Part shown: positions 56,275 through 64,000 of the stretch, one piece after another
How positions within the stretch are numbered: position 1 is the first letter of the stretch
Layout: each line of letters begins with the position of its first letter
From: Methanosarcinales archaeon
GTDB lineage: Archaea; Halobacteriota; Syntropharchaeia; Alkanophagales; Methanospirareceae
Assembly (NCBI GenBank): GCA_030611585.1
Contig: JAUWPM010000001.1
Location: forward strand, 1,715-65,714
DNA: 64,000 nt
Direction: 5' to 3'
Translations under genes and position numbers: made by a program
The notes under the pieces: generated by a model
The model's input: only the letters and a program-made list of their open reading frames with translations
Databases searched by the model: none
Told to the model about the DNA's origin: nothing

Positions 56275-57432
56275 CTATCTAAACACAGTTTTTGGAATGG
56301 AAATATCCTTAGAAAATCCTATTGCATAATTATCAGACATGCCTGAGATATAGTCAGCCAAAATCTGTGTTTTATCGGCATCGGATTTCTCATAGAATTT
56401 TTTATATGCTCTTAAATAGTCTCCAAATTCTTTATAGGATTTAATAAAGTGGCCCTTATAAAATTCAAAGTCATATCTATGTTCATCAAACAACTCAGAT
56501 AGTGAACTGTAAATATTCTGAAGAATGACTCCAACATAGTGTCTGTAATTTTCTATTTTTTCAGCCTTATAGATGCCTCTCTCGGAGAAATCATTAATTT
56601 TACATATAATTTCAAAACCATCATTAGACATGCCTACTTTTTCTTTACTATTGGTGGTGTCGATTATGTCATATATTATCCTCTTTAAAAGAGCCCGATT
56701 GAACTGGTATTTTGCGTCTGAAGATTCAATATCTAAATATTCTAATATATCCTTCGGGATTTTTTCAGTTTTTTCACCATTAATGATTTCTAATTCAATA
56801 GCATCTTCCATATCTCTGCCCAAAGACGATATTTTATCGGCAACTCTGACAATACACCCCTCATATGAAGAGGGATATTTATCCAATTTTCCAATATCTT
56901 CTAACTTTTTCACTTCCCAGTCAGGCTCAATAAACTGTTCTAATTTTTCTCCACAATGGCTAACTATTCCATCTCTTACTCCAAACGTTAATTTTAACCC
57001 CTTGCCCTTTTCGGCGATATAATCTACAAATCTAAGACTATTGATTTCATGATGAAAGCTATTTTCCCCCTTTGTTTCTTTTTCAACGATTTTATTTAAG
57101 ACTTCTTCTCCTGCGTGTCCAAATGGTGCATGCCCAATATCATGTCCCAATGCAATTGCTTGAGCCATTTCCACATTTAATTTCCACCCTTTATTGATTA
57201 ATCCTTTAGAAATAGTTGTAGAATTTGTAAATACATGAAGAACATGTTCAATTCTAGTACAAATATGGTCGTTATCTGGTGCAAAAAAGACTTGTGTCTT
57301 TCTTTTTAGTCTCCTGAATGGTAATGAATGCACTATTGCTGTTTGATCGCGAAAAAATACACCACGGATGTCTTCTTTTTTTGGTTTAAATCGCCGCTCA
57401 TAAACTTCATCAGATAGTTCGTTCTTCATCAT
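56275..57432 (-). CDS. HD-domain dNTP triphosphohydrolase (dGTPase-like)
   Basis: HD motif region HVLHVFTNS...ALGHDIGHAPFGHAGE. 385 aa. Confidence 0.75.
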   Translation of the reverse strand: MMKNELSDEVYERRFKPKKEDIRGVFFRDQTAIVHSLPFRRLKRKTQVFFAPDNDHICTRIEHVLHVFTNSTTISKGLINKGWKLNVEMAQAIALGHDIGHAPFGHAGEEVLNKIVEKETKGENSFHHEINSLRFVDYIAEKGKGLKLTFGVRDGIVSHCGEKLEQFIEPDWEVKKLEDIGKLDKYPSSYEGCIVRVADKISSLGRDMEDAIELEIINGEKTEKIPKDILEYLDIESSDAKYQFNRALLKRIIYDIIDTTNSKEKVGMSNDGFEIICKINDFSERGIYKAEKIENYRHYVGVILQNIYSSLSELFDEHRYDFEFYKGHFIKSYKEFGDYLRAYKKFYEKSDADKTQILADYISGMSDNYAIGFSKDISIPKTVFR

Positions 57433-57640
57433 CTTAAACCCCTCTTCTTGTGGCTTTTCAATGTTTTGTTACGAGTCCCATTAGGAAAGTCACATACCCG
57501 TACTTAAGATAATGGGGCATGCAACCATAAAAAGTTTTGTATAAAGCGTCATGTACCCTGTTTTAAGCGTCTTTTCCCTTCCTTCATCTGCTACAACGAA
57601 CAATTTTATCATAGCAAACTTTCAGCAAGGATAAAAGAGG

Positions 57641-58594
57641 TCATTCATCCCTATACCCAACTTCTGTCGTCATCAAATCACTCGCCACTTCTGTGTTCTC
57701 GAACACCCGCCGTGCTTCGTCCCTCAACTTACGTGCACCGTCTAAATCTGAATATCGTGCGCTGAGATGCGTTAGGATGAGTCTTCTCACCGCTGCTTCC
57801 TTCGCCACTTCCGCAGCCTCCAAAGCGGTTGAATGCATGTAACTAATTGCGTATTCCTTCGTCTCCTCTGATAGAGTACCCTCGTGTATCAACAAATCCG
57901 CGTTCTTACTCGCTTCGATCACGCTCTCACACGGTCTCGTATCGCCGGTATAAACGATTTTCCTGCCCGGTCTCGGCGGTCCTAATACTTGTTCAGGCTT
58001 TACCTCTCTTCCTTCAACGAGAATAGAATGTCCCGATTGCAGTTTGGCGAATAACGGGCCGGGTTTTACGCCGAGCTCTATCGCGTGGTCTCTGTTGAAT
58101 CTCCCAGGTCGCATATCCTCTTCCAGCACGTAGCCGATACTCACCACGTTGTGCACCGTTTTTACCGTTCGTATCTCGTAGCCCGCTCTTCGTACAACGT
58201 CGCCGGGGCTCAGCTCTATCGCCTTCACGTCAAAGCTCCTACCGGCGTAGCCCAACGCGAGCAGATGGTAGAGGAATTTATCCACATGCCTCGGCCCGTA
58301 GATTTCCAAGGGCTCTTCTCTACCTTGCAGTGCCATCGTCTGTAACAGACCAGGAATGCCGAGGACATGGTCGGCGTGGAAATGCGTGATGAAAATAGCG
58401 GTTATCTTCATGCCGGTCTTTGCTCGCATCATCTGCTGCTGCGCGCCTTCGCCGCAATCAAACAGCATCAACTCGCCCTTCCTATTCACTGCTATTGCTG
58501 ATGGCGTCCTGTTCGGCGTGGGTGTCGAGCCTCCGGTTCCTAAAAATGTTATTCGTAGCATGAATCCTTTCTTTGTAATAGAAAGCTTTACCAA
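57641..58594 (-). CDS. rnz: ribonuclease Z (tRNA 3' endonuclease)
   Basis: ITFLGTGGSTP and metallo-beta-lactamase HFHADH motifs. The probable start is the internal Met at 58561. Confidence 0.85.
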   Translation of the reverse strand: MVKLSITKKGFMLRITFLGTGGSTPTPNRTPSAIAVNRKGELMLFDCGEGAQQQMMRAKTGMKITAIFITHFHADHVLGIPGLLQTMALQGREEPLEIYGPRHVDKFLYHLLALGYAGRSFDVKAIELSPGDVVRRAGYEIRTVKTVHNVVSIGYVLEEDMRPGRFNRDHAIELGVKPGPLFAKLQSGHSILVEGREVKPEQVLGPPRPGRKIVYTGDTRPCESVIEASKNADLLIHEGTLSEETKEYAISYMHSTALEAAEVAKEAAVRRLILTHLSARYSDLDGARKLRDEARRVFENTEVASDLMTTEVGYRDE

Positions 58595-58626
58595 AGAATT
58601 AATTTTAGAAAAAAGAAAAAGTGTTA

Positions 58627-59577
58627 CTACACGATTACTACACCGTATTCCGCTCCGGTCATCGTTATCTCTCTTTTCAGCACCTTAAAAAAGATCTTAA
58701 ATGATTTGATGGCAGAATCAGCCCATTCATCAAGTTTTCCCATAGATCTCTCCAATTCTTTCTCCGTTTCGTTCTGGCTAACGCATCCGAACTGCTTTAC
58801 TTGTTCCCAATTCTCCCGTAGATATTTGAACAGCGATGCCGATGCGAAATGCACGGGAACCAGCGGATGGTGTGCGGAAAGGTCAATAATCAATTGACTT
58901 TCCTGTTCCACTTCTCTATCAGAAATGCCAGACCACTGTATCGCTTTCCGCCGTGCGTCTTCGTGGATTACGCCCTTCATCTCTGAACTGAGGCTTTTGA
59001 CGTTATGCCCCGCTAATTCCGCGTAGATTTCACCCTGGGCGAGTTCGTGTTCGAGCATATATCTCAGCATGTTTTTGGTTGCGGATTTGAGATACTCTTC
59101 GTTCATTGCGATGACTGAAAACCACAAGCCATGAAGTGAGAAGCGGCGATACATTGCAGCGCCGTAATCTAAAGAATCCTCAGTAGGCGCTAATATCGAA
59201 GGTGCGAAGATGAACGCTTTTGTTTTTAACAAGATGATGTTCTCGAGTCGGTCGCTGCCAACGAGTTGTTTGATTCTTTCTTCCTCATCGTCTTCCAGAG
59301 GAACGTGCATAGCGGCCGGATGATTGAGGTATTGTTCGTAACTTTTGATAATCTGATTTATTCTATACGGGTCGAGCTTCTTTAGCGTTGCCGATATTTC
59401 CTCTGCTTTGGTCTGCAACCACTTAATATACGCTTCGTCGTCTCTCCTTCGTAGTTCCTCGTCTCCTCCATCAGTCGAAATCATTTTTCTATATTGATTA
59501 CTTAGAAAGGATGCTTTCTTTATAAAACGAGTTTTTACAGACCTTCTCGTCCAACGATTTTTTCTGACTAACGTCAA
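58627..59577 (-). CDS. hypothetical protein (316 aa)
   Basis: ORF only; the true start may lie at an internal Met. Confidence 0.35.
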   Translation of the reverse strand: MTLVRKNRWTRRSVKTRFIKKASFLSNQYRKMISTDGGDEELRRRDDEAYIKWLQTKAEEISATLKKLDPYRINQIIKSYEQYLNHPAAMHVPLEDDEEERIKQLVGSDRLENIILLKTKAFIFAPSILAPTEDSLDYGAAMYRRFSLHGLWFSVIAMNEEYLKSATKNMLRYMLEHELAQGEIYAELAGHNVKSLSSEMKGVIHEDARRKAIQWSGISDREVEQESQLIIDLSAHHPLVPVHFASASLFKYLRENWEQVKQFGCVSQNETEKELERSMGKLDEWADSAIKSFKIFFKVLKREITMTGAEYGVVIV

Positions 59578-59625
59578 TTATAGTTATAGTTAACAAGCTC
59601 AATTATTAGTGGGGATTCAAATCAA

Positions 59626-60540
59626 ATGGAGCTGAAACTGAGTTCGCCGCAGGACTGCATTGGGGACTTCACGTACAACTTCATCTGGCAGCACAAAGGA
59701 GCAAAGCTCAATCCCCCCGGGACGATTCCGTCGCAGCTCGGCGCGAGTTATTCGTATGAAAATATAGTGGAGGCACTGAAAAGTGGTGAAGACGTGCACA
59801 TCAAGGGCGACGTGGGCAAGAGGGTTGGTTCGAGTTTGGGTGTTGACCTCGTTTATTCCGGTGGTAACGGTAAGGAACTGCCTGGAATGGGATCCATAAT
59901 TGTGGATGGAAATGCAGGTTCTTATCTCGGAATGAGCATGCTTTCAGGCGCTATTTACGTTATGGGTGACGTTAAAGAACCGCTTGGTAATATAGTGCAA
60001 GTACAATCCGATTTGGAGGGTTATAAGAAATTTGTTTCGATAACATGGCTCTTGCATCACCCGGAAGAGCGGGCAATAACCGCTATTCTTGAGCCTAACG
60101 AGTTCAAAGAGGGGGAGTTGCTTCTTACCGACGGAATTTTGAGGAGCACGCTTGCGGCACGATGTATGAACGAGGCGACGGTGCACGTAAATGGAGACGT
60201 TGGGATAAGCGTTGGGATATTGATGCGCAATGGGTTGGTCGTAATAGACGGGAATGCCGGTGTGAACGCTGCTGCATTGCTTAATGGCGGTACCGTTGTC
60301 GTATTGGGCGATGTTGCGGAATTTGTAGGCGTGGAAATGAGAAAAGGGGTTGTGCTCGTGAAGGGTAACGCAAAAGGTTTTGTCGGTGCTAAAATGACCG
60401 GCGGGCGGATAATTTGCAGGAGGACGAAGCCCATTCCGCCTGTTACGGAGAAAAAACTTGAAACGGGCGATTTAGCGTTGCTTTCGAAGTTCGGCGTTTC
60501 TGGACTGCTTACGCTGAATTATGGGCGATATGAGGTGTGA
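59626..60540 (+). CDS. GXGXG-motif protein (FwdC/FmdC, glutamate synthase C-domain-like)
   Basis: Repeated G-x-x-G beta-helix motifs (IKGDVGKRVGSSLG, VDGNAGSYLGMSMLSGAIYVMGDV, VNGDVGISVGILMRNGLVVIDGNAGVNAAALLNGGTVVVLGDVAEFVGVEMRKGVVLVKGNAKGFVGAKMTGGRII). Confidence 0.7.
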   Translation: MELKLSSPQDCIGDFTYNFIWQHKGAKLNPPGTIPSQLGASYSYENIVEALKSGEDVHIKGDVGKRVGSSLGVDLVYSGGNGKELPGMGSIIVDGNAGSYLGMSMLSGAIYVMGDVKEPLGNIVQVQSDLEGYKKFVSITWLLHHPEERAITAILEPNEFKEGELLLTDGILRSTLAARCMNEATVHVNGDVGISVGILMRNGLVVIDGNAGVNAAALLNGGTVVVLGDVAEFVGVEMRKGVVLVKGNAKGFVGAKMTGGRIICRRTKPIPPVTEKKLETGDLALLSKFGVSGLLTLNYGRYEV

Positions 60541-60657
60541 CGAAGAATATTTCTTCCCGTAACCGCTTTTAAAGAAAAGGGCAAATTTATGCTGATAACA
60601 GCGCGGGATGCAACAAAAACAGAGAAAGGGTTATATAGAAAGAAAGTAAAGTAATAA

Positions 60658-60876
60658 ATGATGAAGAAAGCGAGAATAAAATCATCGGACGATTTTGAGA
60701 AGTTACCGGAGGGTGAGTGGGTAGAGGTTCAGGGAGGGGATCTGGAGGTTGAATTAGTTGAAGAAGTGAACACGAAACTGCTGATAACTGACGATGAAGT
60801 TAAAATCCCCGTTAATGAAGCAGTTTATGGTAAAATAAAAGATAAAAAGATTTTAATTATGCCAGAAACAAACTGA
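60658..60876 (+). CDS. hypothetical small protein (72 aa)
   Basis: ORF only. Confidence 0.3.
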   Translation: MMKKARIKSSDDFEKLPEGEWVEVQGGDLEVELVEEVNTKLLITDDEVKIPVNEAVYGKIKDKKILIMPETN

Positions 60877-60969
60877 TAATTGTTAGGCTGCGGGGCATCG
60901 AGGATATTATAACATCTTTTTAAAGGAACGCAACAAATGCTTTTTAGGTTCTATGCAACATATCTTGTC

Positions 60970-61434
60970 ATGACAAAACCCAAAAAGATTTTCTTCTCGT
61001 GCTCGATGCGGGGTGGATTCAGCAGACTCACGCAAGAAGAATTAAGAAAGATTCCTGACATAATAGAAGAGCTGGGGCTGATGGTGATAAGCAGGCATCA
61101 AACCAGCGAGAACTTTGAGGAAATCGAGTCGCGACTTACCGAGCAGGAGATTCACGATCGCGATTACCGATGGCTGACGGAGGCGGACGTCGTCATAGCG
61201 GAAATAACCAATCCGAGCCTCGGTGTCGGTGCAGAAATTGCCGATGCGGTTAATCTGGGCATTCCTGTGTTGTGCGTCTATAAACAGGAGTACGAGCACC
61301 AGATTTCGGCATACGCACGTGGTAAAGCGGGCGTGACATGCAGGGCGTATTCGGATTATGAAGAGCTGAAAGATGTAATCCGGGAGTTTACTTTTAGAGA
61401 CCGTCGAAGGGATTGCAAAGGGGGCGTAAATTAA
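60970..61434 (+). CDS. nucleoside 2-deoxyribosyltransferase-like (DNPH1/Rcl-family) protein
   Basis: ADVVIAEITNPSLGVGAEIADAVNLGIPVL matches the family's core motif. Confidence 0.55.
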   Translation: MTKPKKIFFSCSMRGGFSRLTQEELRKIPDIIEELGLMVISRHQTSENFEEIESRLTEQEIHDRDYRWLTEADVVIAEITNPSLGVGAEIADAVNLGIPVLCVYKQEYEHQISAYARGKAGVTCRAYSDYEELKDVIREFTFRDRRRDCKGGVN

Positions 61435-62214
61435 ATGTTAAAAGAGGTTAAATGCTTAAAAATACACGAAGGGGCGTCCGTTGAGACGAAGCATGAGGTC
61501 GTAAAAGAAGAGCCTCTATCCCTCTCCATCAATGGTCGGCACTTTGTAACCGCGATGATCAGCCCGAAAATGAAGAAGGAGTTTGTCATAGGGCATCTAT
61601 TCACAGAGGGTATTATAAGTGGGATTGAAGAACTGGAATCCTTGCAGCTCGTTGAGAATATCGCACGTGTACTAATAACAAACCCTCTAAAAGTAGTAGC
61701 GGCAAGAAAAACCATTGTGAGCGGCTGTGGCGGTGAGTCTTCGTTCTTAGACGAATCAAAATTACCAACGATAAAATCTAACTTGACAATTGATGCCTGC
61801 GATCTAATTGCGGGAGTGAGATCCATTCTGGGTTCACCGATGCACAGGATCACTGGCGGTGTGCATCTGGTAGGATTGTTTGGAAAACGAGATCACAAAT
61901 CAATTCGGATTTGCATATCTGAGGACATAGGGCGGCATAACGCACTTGATAAAGTAATCGGCTACGGCTTAATCAATAACACAGATTTTGAACAGACCTT
62001 TATAGCGTGCACCGGTCGAATATCATCGGAGATGGCGTTGAAGTGTTCAATGGCGAATATTCCTGTCATCGCATCGAGAGGTGCAACAACGAGTCTGGCG
62101 ATTGAACTCGCGGAGAAGACCGGATTGTGTATTATCGGGTTCGTGCGGGGTGAAAGGATGAATGTTTATACAAATAGATACCGAACTACTTTCTCAAAAC
62201 CAGAATACCCATAA
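61435..62214 (+). CDS. fdhD: FdhD-family sulfurtransferase (Moco sulfuration / formate dehydrogenase accessory)
   Basis: VSGCGGESSF with the catalytic Cys loop, GGVHLVGLF and IGRHNALDKVIG. 259 aa. Confidence 0.8.
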   Translation: MLKEVKCLKIHEGASVETKHEVVKEEPLSLSINGRHFVTAMISPKMKKEFVIGHLFTEGIISGIEELESLQLVENIARVLITNPLKVVAARKTIVSGCGGESSFLDESKLPTIKSNLTIDACDLIAGVRSILGSPMHRITGGVHLVGLFGKRDHKSIRICISEDIGRHNALDKVIGYGLINNTDFEQTFIACTGRISSEMALKCSMANIPVIASRGATTSLAIELAEKTGLCIIGFVRGERMNVYTNRYRTTFSKPEYP

Positions 62215-62239
62215 CCAGCCCGTACTTGTTTAGCTAACC

Positions 62240-62420
62240 ACAAGATTACACATCACGGGCTCCGCCCGTGCCCCCGAAAACCCTGGAAGGGTTTATTCCA
62301 CGAGAGAATAACAATCGTAACCAAGTTTTAGCGCTTTATTGGTTACTTTATCCTTTATTAATCCAAATTTCTTGTGTTAATTATGGGGCTCTGCCCCATG
62401 TCCCCGCAAGCCCAGAAGGG
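62240..62420. repeat. MITE-like repeat fragments (GC hairpin type)
   Basis: cacgggctccgcccgtgcccccg and ggggctctgccccatgtccccgcaagcccagaaggggc resemble the 8900-8930, 14750-14780 and 47950-48000 hairpins. Confidence 0.5.
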
Positions 62421-62512
62421 GCTTATGTGAAATCTCGTGGTTTTTTACATCAGCTATACAAATACATACCAACGATTTTACATGATTCAATATCTTCTTC
62501 GCGGTTCCTGCT

Positions 62513-63751
62513 TCAAGACTTGGTCCGAGGAACACGACCACTTTTTCCCCTCGCATTCTTGCACCTCTCCCCTATCCGTTCATCATCTACCGCATACATC
62601 TCCAATCCAGGCACGATTACTCTCACCGCAGGCACTCGCAGCTCCTCTCTCGTTAAGTCCACTACTATCACGCGTTCTAATCCGACCTCCTTTAGACGCT
62701 CCACCATGTATTTTATATCATCGAGGAAATCATCGCTGTCCAGAGATTTCACAGTCCCAAAATCCTCCTCCTCTGTAATGTCGAACCAATGTTTGTTCCT
62801 CTTCCGTATCCATTCATACCCCATTATCCTTCTCATATCCGCAATATTGGTATCCTCCCTCGCACCGTGTATTTGCGTGAGTCTGCTCTGGGCAACCTCT
62901 GTCAACGCTCTCTTGACTGCAACCTCTGCGTTCGTATGCGTTCCCATACCGATGGTGAGCAGTGCTGGGTCCCTCAACGTAACGTCATCGGAGACAGCCG
63001 CAAAAGTCGGTATACCTATGTCACTTGTTATATCCCGTACAAGCACGGAAACGTCAGCAACAATGAATTTATCCACAAGATCGCGAATTTCGCCTCCATC
63101 TATTTTCACGCTAAGGCCGGTATTCCGTGTGATTTCCACCAGCGACCATGCATCTCTTTCTATCACTTCAGCAAGACCGTGAAAAATTGCCTCCTCCAGC
63201 TCGTTACCCACTGCCAATCCGTTCGTATTCGTCCTGAACAGCCTGACCCTATCATATCTTGAAGGCAGGGGATGAAAAACCGCACTCGCAGGCACGTATA
63301 TCTCCTCCTCCTCGTGTATCAAATCATACCCCTTCACCCAGGGGATGCGAACTTCCTCAATATCCCTTACGTAATCCGGGAAAATCAATTCTTTCGGGTT
63401 TAAAACATTCTCCTTTTCGCTAAACCTCGAATAACTTTCTATTAAAAGCTTTCTGTTTCCAACCTCCGCGGAATATCGCTCTATCGCTTCCATCATTGCT
63501 GAGACTCTCGCTTCCTCTTCCGTCGTCCCCTTACCATTATACACCGAAATCGCTCCCTCTTCCGCAGTTGGTCTTATGCTCGAAAATACCGGTATCCCTA
63601 TCCTGTCAAGTCCGGTTATGTCCGCAACCCTTGTAACACCCGCGGCGGGCATCTTTGACGCTATTCGGGCTAAAGTCTCCTCTGGAGAAACTGCACGGTG
63701 CGTACTTTCCTTATAACCCTTGATACACGGCTTGAGTTTCATTTTTATCAT
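62513..63751 (-). CDS. ycaO: YcaO-domain protein (ATP-dependent backbone-amide activation; McrA thioamidation-type)
   Basis: YcaO motifs ...RTNTNGLAVGNELEEAIFHGLAEVIERDAW..., and ATP/Mg-binding Glu residues. Confidence 0.8.
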   Translation of the reverse strand: MIKMKLKPCIKGYKESTHRAVSPEETLARIASKMPAAGVTRVADITGLDRIGIPVFSSIRPTAEEGAISVYNGKGTTEEEARVSAMMEAIERYSAEVGNRKLLIESYSRFSEKENVLNPKELIFPDYVRDIEEVRIPWVKGYDLIHEEEEIYVPASAVFHPLPSRYDRVRLFRTNTNGLAVGNELEEAIFHGLAEVIERDAWSLVEITRNTGLSVKIDGGEIRDLVDKFIVADVSVLVRDITSDIGIPTFAAVSDDVTLRDPALLTIGMGTHTNAEVAVKRALTEVAQSRLTQIHGAREDTNIADMRRIMGYEWIRKRNKHWFDITEEEDFGTVKSLDSDDFLDDIKYMVERLKEVGLERVIVVDLTREELRVPAVRVIVPGLEMYAVDDERIGERCKNARGKSGRVPRTKS

Positions 63752-63916
63752 TAAAGAAGTCTAAGATAAAAAAACCACGAGAGTTCAAAATAAATAACCT
63801 TTTTCTAACCAGAGAGGAAACCCCGGTCGAGGATGAGAACTTTTCCTCCAAGGAAGATAACTAATAAACGCCTTTTTGTGTTATCCTTCCGTTAAATGTC
63901 ACGTAAAGTCAATCAG

Positions 63917-63989
63917 GGCCGGGGCCGGGATTCGAACCCGGGTCTAGGGATCCACAGTCCCCAGGGATAGCCTCTACCACACCCCGGCC
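63917..63989 (-). tRNA. tRNA-His (GUG) with genomically encoded G-1; no encoded CCA
   Basis: Reverse complement reads G-GCCGGGG-TG-TGGTAGAGGCTATCC-C-TGGGGA-CTGTGGA-TCCCT-AGA-CCCGGG-TTCGAAT-CCCGG-CCCCGGC-C. It has a 7-bp acceptor stem, a TTCGAAT T-loop and anticodon GTG. An extra 5' G pairs with the discriminator C. Confidence 0.8.
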
Positions 63990-64000
63990 ATTGGAACCAG

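Noticed and set aside
62268-63182. 304-aa + strand ORF
   Set aside because: It lies entirely antisense to the well-supported YcaO gene. Its sequence is low-complexity and Ser/Pro-rich with no motif, so it is an antisense artefact.

Overview
This is a gene-dense archaeal chromosomal segment, methanogen- or ANME-like (Methanomicrobia-type). That assignment rests on PriS, class I LysRS, Ftr, an FwdC-like protein, YcaO, FBP aldolase/phosphatase, an RNase P RNA, and many PGF-CTERM (archaeosortase ArtA) sorting signals. From left to right the window contains:

- hisG, priS and xseA.
- An iron/metal-uptake locus: feoB split into two ORFs, two FeoA genes, a triple-FeoA gene, a flavodoxin and a ZIP transporter.
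- An island of about eight SAM-dependent methyltransferase genes (11.2-18.2 kb), interleaved with a family of MITE-like repeats that carry terminal inverted repeats.
- A DtxR-family regulator.
- A sugar-phosphate cluster (FBP aldolase/phosphatase, ATP-PFK, a GatZ/KbaZ-like aldolase) and Ftr.
- An IMDH/ICDH-family dehydrogenase, a HEAT-repeat membrane protein, NikR and LysRS.
- The most unusual region, about 35-54.5 kb. Two molybdate/tungstate ABC transporter sets (modA-trmO-modB-modC at 35-38.4 kb; wtpABC at 51.3-54.2 kb) bracket a Mop molbindin gene and an array of Sec-secreted, PGF-CTERM-anchored surface proteins. These surface proteins are built from repeated sulfite-oxidase-fold (SUOX / Oxidored_molyb-like) modules plus Big_2 Ig-like domains and a purple-acid-phosphatase-like domain. 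At least five transcription units in this region share one promoter/operator motif.
- ftsZ, the RNase P RNA, an HD dGTPase-like gene, RNase Z, an FwdC-like GXGXG protein, FdhD, YcaO and tRNA-His.

Several genes are interrupted: six by +/-1 frameshifts (feoB, an O-methyltransferase, the PGF-CTERM wtpA, the large SUOX protein, the Big_2/PAP-like gene) and two by in-frame TAG codons (a methyltransferase and the large SUOX protein). These are either assembly indel errors or real gene decay. No CRISPR array, no rRNA and no multiheme CxxCH proteins were seen.
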